Origin: Lingula anatina
Taxonomy: Eukaryota > Animalia > Brachiopoda
Assembly (NCBI GenBank): GCA_051362555.1
Contig: CM120640.1
Coordinates: forward strand, 41,766,788-41,830,787
Length of the DNA stretch: 64,000 nucleotides
Direction of reading: 5' to 3'
Shown: piece after piece, positions 49,898 to 62,550 of the stretch
Layout of the letters: each line of letters begins with the position of its first letter
How positions within the stretch are numbered: position 1 is the stretch's first letter
Notes under the pieces: generated by a model
What the model saw: the letters and a program-made list of their open reading frames with translations, nothing else
Told to the model about the DNA's origin: nothing
The model's database searches: none
Position numbers and translations under genes: made by a program

Positions 49898-52800
49898 AAT
49901 GTGCTTCCTGGCGACTGCATATATTTTCCAGTGTCACTGATACAGTGGTGTGTTTGGTTACGATGATGTTTCCATTTCTAATCAGTGTTGCTGACAAATT
50001 CCCAGTAGTACAAATGTAACTACGCCATGCATAAAAAAGCAATTACATTTGCCAATATGTGATCTTTTTATGTTTGGTGTTTATCTTACTTTTAACGTTT
50101 TCCATTTTTTTTTCAGAGAAAATAAGAGTGAACAAGAGTGCCTAACCGTTATGTTAAGTTATATCATGACTGTGAATCATTTCCTTTCCACCTGTAACTG
50201 ACTAATACTAAAGTCGATATTCAAAAATGTAAATCGTTATAATTCACTTCTCGTAGCTTGCGTCATCCATGAAGTTGTTGAAGGAGGCACTTTTGGCCGT
50301 TTTCTGTTAATCTAATCTATGATCGAGACGTGTCTTATGTCACCCTTTTTTGTATTCTTGCGTTTTGTCCTGCTGTCGTTTTCTCTATAAAAGGGGAGTT
50401 GCATGTATAATCTTTTCATAGCACCTACTTACCCCGTTCGAAGTGTGGCATTTACGAAATTTCTATCGCAGCATCAAGTGGTGGGAGAGAGGGATACTAA
50501 ACGCTGTTGAAGGGAAATATCATTATTAATCACAAGGTGTACTTAATGTCCTACATGGCAAGCAATTTTTAAACATTTTTTTTTATTAATTTTTATTATT
50601 CTATATTATCAGAAATGTCATTTATGTTTTTTTCAATATCAAAATAATGGTATCATTCTGCAGTGTTTTTTCTGATTCGCCTCAGATATATCTTGGTCTG
50701 TAGCTTCACTAACATTTGCACTTTCTTCATATTCGTTTTTTTATAATGGTCTCTTTCTCTTGATAATAATCTCATCTCTTGCCTGGATCCCCTCTTATTA
50801 AAAAAATCATCAAATCAGCGAGTGCATTTGTTTGCACACTAATGGAGTCCACCTTAACTCAAAGAAAACGGTCGTACTAATAATGATCTGATAAAAACCC
50901 TTCTTTTTAATTCATTCTGACCCGACCGATCTTTAATATGGGGGAGAAGTACGTTTATGACTATGAACTAGATCTTTTTTAATATACTGTCACTTTGTCA
51001 TGCGCTAATTAATTGAAGAAATGCTATACATACTGTATGTCACTTTAGGATTATAACTTCAAGGTTATCTGTCTCATTCTTGGTTAATTAAAGCTGCTTA
51101 AAAAATGCAGGAATAGATTGATCATACATGATATTGAAAGTCTCTTGGAGAAATTTAACAGAACCTTTTCTGCTTAGGTCGGTACATTTTAATCTTCACT
51201 TGATAAAGTTCTAACTTTTTCAGGCATTGTTTAAGTTAAAGTGTCACGGTATGTGATTTATTTTTAAACGTAAGATATAAATACTTAGATTTTTTGAGAT
51301 TTTACTTTTTTTGCAGACTGTAATTAACTCAGACGTTTCCAATAAAAACAAATCAAGTGCAGTTGAAATACAAGACGGTGCTACAAATCACAGTTTCGGA
51401 AAACATATCCAGCTTTTGCCTCTAGCATTGCTGTCAAGCCGCCAATTAGACGCACTGACAGAGACGGCGGAAAAGCTGATAATGTCTGTTGAGGCGTGTG
51501 CTTGTAAAATACAATTTTTTCATTCATCGCCTGAAGTGTGACCTTTGACACTACAAATAAATAAAAGATTCTCAAAGTTCAGGTTCTGACTCAACTTGAA
51601 TGAGCTGGCTCTTATCTAATTATGATCCTGGTGCACGGAGTGATACAAGTCTCTTGATGTTGACGTCTTGTTTAATACCAAAACAGTTCTCCTTGCTCCA
51701 GAGCTAGCGATTGCGTTACCTATTAGTACTAAGCACCGGGATTAAAATAATTACTTAATCAGAGGTTGCAAAGGGGTGCGTTAAGTTCAGCGAAAACACT
51801 AATTGGTTCGGATATAGGCTAAATTTCCCGTTGCGCGCTACGTGTTACATGTTTGTAAAAAACAATATCTAATATCCAACTGAAAAACGAGTGCAAGAGC
51901 ACCAGTTTCGCTGCAGAATGACAATCTGTACAAACGAACACAAGCAGTAGGTAAGTGGTGCTTATGAAACCTATAACATCTTAACCTAAATTACGAATCT
52001 ACGCGTAGATTAAATGCGCGCACGCGTATGTCTCTTATGGTTTATGAAAATTCATGCTGCTAAGTTAGCATATTTGTTCTCGAAGATTTATTGTGAATAA
52101 AAAATGAAAATGACAAAAAGAAATTCAAAAGCCACATCTCTGCATTTTAACAAAAATTTTCTTGGCAAACTTTAACTTCAATCTGTTATCCAGCGGGTTT
52201 AGTGTGAAAAGTAAATCAAATTGATTTCCAAGCAAAAACACTCGATCCTGCCTGGTGCGCCGAGCACGGTATCCCATTGTGATGGTGAACATTGCGTAAG
52301 TGAAACCGTGTTTACTTTTTCCGACATAATAACTTCCACCTAAACTTACTGCAATGCTTTAAAATGTTGTATAATATGGGGTGAATAGCCCGGCCAACCA
52401 GCAAAAGAAAATGAAGCAAAATACGCTCCCACATGACATTTGGTAATAATGCACTGTTTTTTCCTTAATTTTTAGCAGTTTGATTTCATAACCCCTTCCC
52501 CCTTTACCCAGAACTTCAGAGCAACACCCTGACATAATTATCATCCACAAAATCTCAATATATATCCCCAAAAAAGCAATATAGCGAATAATTCTATATG
52601 GTGGCAAACCAGATGAATTTTAGATATTTTTTTGCTCTCATTCTTTACTTTTTATGCCTCTGTAAGGGTGAGTAATTTATCTTTTTAATGAACTGTGAAA
52701 ATGTATTATATACATGTAGGCCTACAAACAAGTAACATCGCACATCTTCTGTCAAACTCACCTTTATAAACAATGGAAAAAGGGTTCAAATAAAATTTAC

Positions 52801-55037
52801 TTTTGCCACATTATTTCAAATGATTTCAATCATAAATAATAGTTTTTATTGTAGATTAAACAACTGGTCAAAATACTGGGCAATTTGATTACAACTGGGC
52901 TGATAGTCTTCGTCTCGATTGCCCGGTAATTGCACTGATGTTTGCATTTACGGTAAACAAGGTAAATACGCACCAGTAATTTCACGCTAATAGTTTCGGT
53001 TGTTTACAATTTGTGTATTCCATTAAATTCGGCTTTTTGCAAGTTCAAAGCGGTTATTTCAGATGCGTTCAAAAAAGCGCGCCACTAGGTAAACGTAAAA
53101 AGCTGAAGAAGTAAAGGAAATCTTTCTTATATTATTGCACTTGTTTAACACTATAAAATTACAAAGTTGTACGCAGAACAGCGTCCGAGGAGCTAAAAAT
53201 GGACCTTTTTTTACCTTAGGCTATCCAGCTTTGACATAATGTAATTAGGATCAGTTCGGCTTTCATTTATTTCCACAATCCGTTTAAAATAAAAGAATGA
53301 ATAAGGATCTGGTCTGAACTGTGTAGAATATTCTGGTTTGATATTATGTCACCCTTGTGAAATTAAAATTTTGTTGGATGAAAACATTGCATCTGTTATA
53401 AAAAGCTTGAACCGTTGCTGTGCTTACATTTTTTAGGACCTGCTGTCTACCGAACAGATTTTCCACGCAGAGAGATCGAAAAGGTGTAGACTGCTTCATT
53501 TAATTACCAAACAAGAATAAAATAGAAAAAGGGTAACAAAATTGTTTAAACTTGAGCAATGTTTCATATGTGGTGCTGTATATGGATTGACGATCACAAT
53601 GAAATACTCGAACGATAAAAATCAACATCACTGAAAACACAAAACAAAACAAAAAATGATTTCAGAAAATATAAAAAACAAAAACGCGTGCTAGGCTTGC
53701 AAAGGACAGTTTTGACAGTGACTTGGTCTTTTAGTAACTGATATATAAGCTAAAAATAGAAGACGTTATAATATTTAGAAGAAAATCAATATACCACCTT
53801 GTTATGAAACCAAAGTAAACACACACGCGACAAAGATATAACTCGAGTATATTTTTTTCGCCTTTTTATAGCAATTTTGATTAGGAATAAGTTGTCAATT
53901 CACTTGGGGCAGTACTTTGTAACATGCGACCGAGTCATTACTTGGAACTAATATGAAGGACATTTCTGACATTTTGCCAGTCATTAAGATCACCGTGTCA
54001 TCCTGTACATTTCAGATAGAAATATCGACCTCGGGTACGTTTATTTGAGGGATTTTACCGTAAGAAGGTCTACATTGGGGAGGACAAACTTGGAAGGTAT
54101 GTGGATATAGAAAATACGACTTTGGGGTATTTTCAAAACGCGGATAGTATACGTTGAAGGACAGCGTTGTTTTCAGTGCAACCGCGTTGTCATGTGCTCT
54201 ATTAAATTCATACAATATACGTATTTTTTTGTTTTAGACAAACGTCCCTGTTACATTTACCTCGGCTATTGCATGTCAAATCAATGCGTTTGTTATTCAA
54301 AAAGGGGCAAAAGTAAAACCTTAAGAGTTGAAACAATGACTCATATTTGAAGAGTAGCAGTTTGGAGGTAACTGACATTACCAGACAAGAAATGTGATCT
54401 GCTGATCAGTTTTTACTGCTTATTAATCAAGAACTCCCATTTAATGTAATACTTATCAGTCATTCTCGTCGGTGTTAGGCTTCATAAGACCTAGAGACTG
54501 AAATATTCCATCTGTCAAATAAATCTTTTGCATAACATATAGTCACACAAACGTTTCACAGATAGTTTTTTAGAACTGTGGGCTATATATAGCTAATAAC
54601 CAGCAAGGTGAGGGGTTTCTCTTTTAAAGGCCAAGTTATCAGTTTCGTTATCGCCTCAAAAATTAAACTAGACAATGCACAATGAAAGCATTTGGCGACA
54701 CGCAAAACAAATGATTTGTGCAATTTTCCCATCACACGCATTGTGTCATAGATAATATTTTGTGTCTTTGTATTTTCTAGATAACCTCCAAACTGCAAGA
54801 TAAATTGCATCTGGAAAGGAAGTTTAGACATCCCATTAAGAATAGCTTAGGTAAATCATAATGATGACAGGAAATCGTCGAAAAGTGTTTGGACTGCGCA
54901 CAGTGAGGGCATGATCTATATCACTGAGGCTGCTAATACCTTCAAAACCCCCTGTTTCTCTGACTGAAGCACTGACATCGGAACGCTTTCGCATTACGTG
55001 CACTCACGGAGATTTACGGACATCAACGAAGACAGGC

Positions 55038-55617
55038 TATAAAAACAACCGAACCATGTGTTTATTGCTTTTCGTCCAAACTGTTCCGCGGAATAGAGCA
55101 AGTATGTAATGCTTCAAAAGATCCGAGCATTCCGAACTGAAAGGCAATTTAGCACGAGAGAACAGAGAACTGAGTTATTAGAATGGTATAGGCAAGGTGT
55201 CGCTAGACTAGTGCTTTGACGTGGAAAGCATTTCCAATATATACCACTAAGGAGCACAGGATCACATAGGTGAGTTTATTACAGTTTCCACTGATTTATT
55301 AATTTTTGACCTCTGCAAACATAGAAAGCCTTAAGTCTCACCTGGGAGCAACACCCACTGGGGTAAAAAAAGTGGCTCGAAGGTGGCTAATCTTCCAGCG
55401 CATTAGTTAATGGCGATTAGGTGTGTAATATCACCACTAACGCGCGTTTCTTGAAATATCACTTTCACCACATGTCTGCCCACTGTCTGAGAACCTGTGA
55501 TGCTATCACTAATATTTTGACAGACTCAGGTTATTTCAAATGTTATATTGTATGTTGTTTTCCCGATCAGCTGGGTTGATTCTCACATTCTAGATCTTGC
55601 TGTTATTTTCACTGTAG
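55038..55617 (+). promoter_or_regulatory. Putative TATA promoter, non-coding first exon and 5'UTR intron of GPCR paralogue 2
   Basis: TATAAAAA at 55038-55045; donor AG|GTGAGT at 55270; candidate acceptors at 55570 (ttttcccgatcAG) or 55617 (ttttcactgtAG). Confidence 0.45.
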
Positions 55618-56062
55618 GGGGCCTTGGAGACTGCACGTTAACTATATAACCTTCGGAAATCGCTATTATACGTTACTGGGAAAGGTTTTCTATTTGTGCA
55701 CCAAGGACAAGGGATAAATAGCAAGATTTTAGACGAAAGAAAGTATGTAATCCTCAGCGAGCAAGGATACAGTTTCTTTTGCCAACTCCGGACGGGTGTG
55801 CACCGTATGGTGATATGCTATGTTCATTAAAAGTAATCAGAACCGTTTAACTTTAAGGATTCTGAGGTGGACACGTGTTAAAAAGACAGGATCTCTGCAA
55901 AAACGCAATACTCTGAATAATCGATGATTAGATCAGTTGTCAAGGTGATTACTTGAATAACAGCAGAAAAAAAGGGGACTGGTTTTATCTCTGGATTAGC
56001 ACCTGTTGTAATTTACTGCATTACCGACGGGAGCTGAGCGAAGGTAAAGTGGAAGCGGGATC

Positions 56063-57259
56063 ATGATGGACGCCGAACAGGAGAATATTACATCATTGAG
56101 TGAAGACACGTTCGATGGATTTTTGGATAATGCCAATTTCTCTCTGTCTCAAAACCAGAGTGATACAGGAGCATCTTGGCTCATCTTTGCCTCTGTCGGG
56201 TTAGCAATTACCGTGACAGGCTTCCTCGAAAATGTGGTGAGCATTCTTGCTTTGAGTCACATGCGACGGCCGTTAGAGCCATTCCATTATTTACTGGTCA
56301 ATTTAGCCATAGCTGACCTTATTGTTGTGGGTTTTGCGTCCATTGGTAACGCGTTGTTTTTATACGCTCAGACGGTGGACCGCTCCTCGGATACGTTTTG
56401 CTGGGCTCATTTTTTCATGGAGATTTCTTATATATCCTTACCGTCCACCTTGCTTGCGACGTCGGCACTGGTGTTTAACCAGTATCTAGCTGTGTCCAAA
56501 ATACTAAACTATAGATCAATGGTGACAAAAAGAAAAGTGGTTCTTTGTATTACTCTTTTCTGGATATGTACTATTGCTATCGGCGCTGCCCTTCAAGCTG
56601 TTACCGCATACAGGAACAGAAGTACATTGCCAGAAAATGCAGATGGACATTTTTGGGACACGCTATGCGCAATATATGACACCCAGGATTATTACACGTT
56701 TTCTGCGTACACATACTTTATTCTTTTCATAGTCATAACCACACTTGTTGCCATAGTGTATGCGAAAACATACTTTGACATCAAACATCAACTTTCGGGG
56801 GTGAGGAACTTAAGACGCTCCATTCGTAGAACCAGGAGCAGTGCGGAATTCGAAGCCACGCAGCAAACCAAAGTGAACGCTACCATTGCACTTCTGTTCG
56901 GAACTATTGTGATTTTTTGGTTACCTGGGATCGCTGATGCTCTGATAACCGTTTATCTTCTATCCATAGCGCAAGACTGCCAGCCTTGCAAAATCATTCA
57001 TCAAATAACCAACTTAATGTTCATTGCAAATGCTCTTTTGGACCCGGTTATTTATGGCGTTCGTATTAATCAGGTGAGAGGTGGTTATCACCGATTGTTA
57101 AAAAGATGCACCAAGGTTTTGTGCCGCCAATCACGGGCCGCGAACGTGAATGGCTTGGGACGCCAAGGAGCATTAACATCGCTTGGGTATGAGCGAACGT
57201 CACTGTATGAGAGGGCAAACAATGGTATGGTTTTCTCCACTAATTCAACGTCTCTTTAA
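56063..57259 (+). CDS. Class A (rhodopsin-like) orphan GPCR, single coding exon, 398 aa (paralogue 2)
   Basis: 7TM. TM1 LEN, TM2 NLAIAD, NQYLAV, TM6 FWLP, TM7 NALLDPVIY. Shares long blocks with paralogue 1 (MRRPLEP, NQYLAV, SAYTY, TIALLFGTI..FWLPGIAD, IYGVR). Confidence 0.94.
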   Translation: MMDAEQENITSLSEDTFDGFLDNANFSLSQNQSDTGASWLIFASVGLAITVTGFLENVVSILALSHMRRPLEPFHYLLVNLAIADLIVVGFASIGNALFLYAQTVDRSSDTFCWAHFFMEISYISLPSTLLATSALVFNQYLAVSKILNYRSMVTKRKVVLCITLFWICTIAIGAALQAVTAYRNRSTLPENADGHFWDTLCAIYDTQDYYTFSAYTYFILFIVITTLVAIVYAKTYFDIKHQLSGVRNLRRSIRRTRSSAEFEATQQTKVNATIALLFGTIVIFWLPGIADALITVYLLSIAQDCQPCKIIHQITNLMFIANALLDPVIYGVRINQVRGGYHRLLKRCTKVLCRQSRAANVNGLGRQGALTSLGYERTSLYERANNGMVFSTNSTSL

Positions 57260-58599
57260 AACACTTTTAAATGTCGGATATTACTTCTTATAAATGAACA
57301 ATGGTTAACATGGTTAAGGAGTCATGCATTTTATTAAATGTCATTTGAAGTTTTTTTTTAAATAGAGTTGATGCTCCTCAACTTTACGCCTCCTTCGCTC
57401 ACAAATGCAATTTCTTTGCAGATTCAACGATTTTCGTATAAAAGATAGTTTCAAACAAATAGAAAGGTTGTAGGGCAATGACTTTTATAGCTTATCAGGT
57501 TTTGGCGTATACCTAGTTGGCTATTGTAAGAAGTTATATTAATATTATATGTAGTTTTGCTACATACGGATACTTGAACAAAAAACCCGATTAACTTTAA
57601 ATAGTTGAATGGAAATTTGTAAATCTATATATCCATTGGTATTATTCGTAATATAAATGTACATCGTCAACTCTGCGAAATTGTCTTAATTGATTATTTT
57701 ACGCATGATTCACATATAAGGTGTATTCTAATTATGCCGTACCAGGTACAAAAGACGGCGTTGAATTGGAACTGGTAACAGGATAGTATAAGTCTAAAAT
57801 CCTTACAATGGAAATCATCCGAGAAAGTTAAAACAACGCTGTCAGTATGTTTTGGAGTCATGCTAGACAAGAAAACGTGCGGGAATCCGCGTGAGGATCG
57901 GGCTCACCTTTAAGCAGTGCTGATGAAACTCGATCTATACAGCGGGAATATCGTCTTAGAAAGCAATACAAAAGTTACACGCAAAACACTGTGAATGTGC
58001 AGTGCTGTGAAAAAGACTACGATTTAACAGAACCTCGACTATGATTTAACAGAATATCGGAAAAAACCTCCCATACATGAATTATGTCAGCTTTTATTTG
58101 TTGCCGCGCCGCACTCGACAGTCTGCCATTACGTCTGATCCCACTCTCCATTAAACCCCGCGAAACCTCGCTTGATTTTACTCTAAGTCGTAAGACCTTG
58201 GCTTGGATCATTCCCATTACTGACGCTTTTGTTTGCTCTCAAATAGAGTATTTCCCTTTTGTTTTGATAACAAAAAGGATCGGCGACGCACGAAACAGTT
58301 ACTATTTTTTATATTTAAATTTTGTGTTAAGGTTCAGTGTTAAAAAGGGTTTTCGTGTCAAGCGTTAAATAGTAAAAACGCTGTAAAATTGACTGTTGAT
58401 AAAATTCATCACTATCTGTATTTTGAAAGAATAAAGAAAGACCACGATAATCTTTTCCGTTACTGGTTTAAAACACTTTGTCTCACAGATCAAATTGAAA
58501 AGAAGTAATTGCGAGGTTAATTGCAATATTTACCTCAAAGGAGCCGTAGCTGCGAGGGGTTTAGGCAATGTTGCGAATGGAAATTTAACCCATTATTCA

Positions 58600-58877
58600 A
58601 ATGTCTGAAGAAACATTGATTTTGTTTCAGTGATTAACTGCAGCCAGTGGTACTTGATTCCAACTTTTGTCTGTAAACCCTTGAGCCTAGAGCTAAGCAT
58701 ATATGATAAATAGCATGTTGCCAGTGAAAATGTAATAGCAGTTGACCAGCTGCTTTGGATTATATATATGAAGACCATTTAAGTATGCGATGTAAATGTA
58801 CGTCCCTCCTAGAGTTACTAATAAAAAAATAGCAGCGCTTCATATGAGATTCGAAAATCCACAATAAATACATTGTA

Positions 58878-58955
<78 letters not shown>

Positions 58956-59450
58956 CATTTTACCACCAAAATGGCGGTTATCGCAATTATTCTGAAAACT
59001 GAAATCTCTTATAAGATTATTACAAATGACTCACTTAAAAAACTACTGACGTACTTTGAATGTCGGAACAGATTCATTTCATTGGTAAGTATTGGAACAT
59101 CGTCGTTACCCCAGGAAAATCCCTCTAATGGCAATGCTCCCTCCAAAATGAAGAGTTGTTATCCCTTTAAGTTACCCATTTCCTGCACACCGGTTATTAA
59201 GCAGCCTTTCTGCATGGGATATGAGTTATGGCAGTAAATAACATTAAATGTTGTGCGTTATGCTACATACTCAAACACTTCATGGTGTCGTCATCAATTT
59301 CTGAATCTTTGCCGTAAGTTGACATCTCTATATCCATTTCTTTAAAAACTTTACATTGATTTAACTTTTTGGAATGTATTGTAAAAATCACAACTGTGAA
59401 CGAGAGCAGCTGGCTTGTGGAAAGGGCATAAACCTAAATGTTCACATCGA
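58600..59450 (+). mobile_element. Decayed L2/CR1-like RT relic, split by (TA)n
   Basis: NC(R)PV..IPT..K.LE (~58635; cf. NYRPVSILP..SK..E), DQL, SLLEL, SLKKLLTYFECRNRFISL (ORF 58971; cf. L..L.SYL..R.Q.V), RYAT (cf. YADD). Confidence 0.4.
58882..58953. repeat. (TA)36 microsatellite
   Basis: Direct observation. Confidence 0.97.
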
Positions 59451-59849
59451 AACGGAGAGATGATTTATGAAGGTTGTCTAGAACTGACGTTCCACGAAGA
59501 GTTTGTTTTGCATTGACATTTCGTGATTACAAGACGAGGATACCTTTTAATAGACACTGCGGACAATTCACGTGGCTTTTAATGTTTCATATTAGTGGAT
59601 TAACTGCGTCATTATGATTTTGATATTTTTCTTGCAGCCCTTTCCAAGAAATCCAAGGACAATCGTTTTGTTCTTGCTCCATTAATCCATTAAGATTGCC
59701 AGTTTCGCCTGATTATAGGCAATATTCAAGGACTCGGAGATGTGTCTCTAAGTATGCGTCCCTTGTGTGAATAGATCATATATTAGGAGTTGAAAAAAAT
59801 TTAACATTGATGGCAACATGATTTCCATGACCAGGATAACGTAGGCCGA

Positions 59850-62550
59850 CGTCATGCAATGCAGTACCAAGAACAGTTGCAAAAAAAAACCTTTCAAACT
59901 TATAAGTGATGCCCTTTTTTCAGTTTGGCTCAACAACATGCTGCATAGCTTATATTATAGCAGCAAATATGTGAAAATAAAGGGCCGGGCGTATTCACTT
60001 ACAAGGGGTCGTGCTTATCACAAAGGCGCTCAGGAAGTAGTGTTCATTTAGAAACTGCCCCGTTAGCTTCAGGCATGTGTAGAAAAGCAGTGAACCCGTC
60101 CTGACGTTGCCTACTACATCCAACAGAGTCATTAGATTCGAGAAATGATAGATCGTTCAGTATTATCACAAATCTTTTGAAACGTCCTCCGGTCGTTGCT
60201 CTAGTACTTAGATGTTTAAATTTAACAACAGAGTCACGGGCTCTGAAGACTAAGTGCTGAACCAAAGAGGTATTATAGTGGATTAGAGTACAGGCAATGT
60301 TCAATGGCAGAAACAGCGTCTGGAAGATGACGTCAACTTAAATAACAATGGTTCTCTTAGAAATGTATTTGAAAGGGTAATGAACTCTTACATAGTGTTC
60401 AGAGGCTTTTTTGCCAAGATACAACAAGTTTAAATGGTTTGTTCAACCGCAAAATGTTATCTAATAACAATTACAAGATTTGACAAAACTATGCTATCTT
60501 AAGGTTTGAGGTACGATTATTATCATAAGATTACTCGCATTTTATAACACATGATTCCCATAAACCATGTTAAAATATTTAAATCAGAAAAATTGCTTTA
60601 CAACTTCGAAATGAAAGACGAAGAGGATGTGCTGATATCAACAACATATGACAAAGAATTCATTCAAGACCAACTAGACATCAATATATTTAATTGGAAA
60701 ACGTGTTCATAAATTATGTTGCGAACTGAATAGTTTCGAGAATGCGAGCTGTCTCATTATAAAGGATTCTTTTGCGCAAGCACAACCGCTAATATTTCAA
60801 TTGTTTGGTGTCATTGAACTATGGCGTTGCAGATGTTATTGGAAAATGACATGAAAGCGTAGGATGATCACTCCTTATACTTTTTTGGTCTTAAATATCA
60901 ATAAAAGCAATCATTTATGGATACCCAAAAGGTTGAGTGTATTCTCGAGAGGCAGTTTACAAAATATCTTCACCCTCGATTACGAGAGTGAAACAGCTAC
61001 TTGTAGTTGCGATTAATGAAATTGTCTTCGGCAAATGTCATCGGGAGATCAACATGTTTGGCAGTAATAGAATTTTACCAGCAGAACAGGGGTATCTTAT
61101 GTACGCTTTGTGGTCCATCATATAGGTGAATAGAATTTGATTGATTGCATAACAGTGACTGCTGTGCCACCAAAGAGAATATTGAATACACCATTCTGTT
61201 TATTGGATGAAGAAAAAGATTAGTTGGTTTGAGACCGGATTATACACAGACCACCACGAGATATAGATATCATTTTAATTCCAATTTGAATCAAACATTT
61301 ACTTCTGTTTAAAGATAAAAAGGAAAAGCTACCCTATTCCGAAAGATCGATTTTCTTTCAGACATTTAGCAAATGCACAGGCGATTTGTGGTAGTAATGT
61401 TCACATATTGGGAGTGGCACCTTCGTTTGACTGATGCTCTGTGCAGTATATACCAAAGAGTCGACATTTTTTTTATTCTTCTTTGCCTGCCATCAGTCAA
61501 AGAAACATGGCATTTCAGAGAGAAAGAACACATTAGATGGGGCTTGCTAAGAGTGCACTATATTGGAGTTACGATGTATTACCCCTTTATTATGAACTTT
61601 TCATAGGAGAGAAATGCAAAAAAATTATGAATTCCCTCTTCTGCCGTCTTCATAAAATAAATGTAATATATCAAGAAGCACTAGATGGAAAAATCATGCA
61701 AATGAATGTGAAGCAACTGGCGCAGTTTTTAACAGCAATGTATAATAGACAGTAACATTTGTAAATGATACCAAGTGTCTAATAAAGATTTTGTGGGGTT
61801 TATAATAAAATAAATGAAGGAAAGAATGTGGACAATACATTAGTCCATTGCACAGTCGCCATATTGCCACAATACATAAACTTTACCATTTTAACACGGC
61901 TTCAGCCAAATAATACCGAATTTCTTTCGTCATGTAATATATCACCCTGCCTATGTGTATGGACATTTTGGTTAATTGTGTCGTGACTAACAGCACGATG
62001 TCGAGGCTATTTAGAATGACAACGGAGAGGAAATTACTAAGGGACATACATTGATAGGGAGTAAATGGACATTTTGAAGATTGAACGGAAAAAACGTGAT
62101 CAGTAACTGTGCTAACATTTTGCTGACAGCAAGATGTGAAATATTTCGTGAAAATTGTTTCATTTTATTAAATCACTAATTATCATAAAACAATATCAGT
62201 ATGCAAACTCAAAATCATTTAATTGAAATGGAATCAATGGAGAGTCCAAAGGTACCACATTGGCAACTTTAATGGTAGTTTACTTTACAAGTCCATGATT
62301 CAGAACCGATATCCCAATGATGTTAATGGAATATACATGTAAAAACCACATCTATGTACAAGGGAAAGCCAATATTTGATAATTTAAAAATTTAAACATA
62401 AAAATATTAAGAGTATACAATGTATATATACTCCCCATCACGCGCTCAAGTACAAGCCATATTCCTTGTACTTGCGATCAGGTGCTTCGTTTAAACATTC
62501 ATTGACAAATTGCCTAGAATTTGCAAACAGACATACAAAGTGCAATGTTC
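59850..62550 (+). mobile_element. Decayed Penelope-like element with GIY-YIG N-terminal to RT (Naiad/Chlamys-type order)
   Basis: EVVFI*-CPVS-HV*KS (60034-60088; cf. NVVYL.C..C...YVGET), KEVL*WIRV..FNGRN (60264-60314; cf. RE..WI..L...PYG.N), ISTTY..NIFNWK (to 60700), GLKYQ (60887; cf. GPKYRE), ILPAEQG (61072; cf. PADKG), KLPY (61326), MH-RF (61373), SYDVLPLY (61567), TYID (62044), SHIP (62455). Confidence 0.55.

Noticed and set aside
51311-51541. LALLSS..L...AEKL, resembling the RTE region after YADD
   Set aside because: The DD motif itself is not seen; too weak to call.
51996-52011. Perfect 16-bp palindrome aatctacgcgtagatt
   Set aside because: About one or two palindromes of this length are expected by chance in 64 kb of AT-rich DNA.
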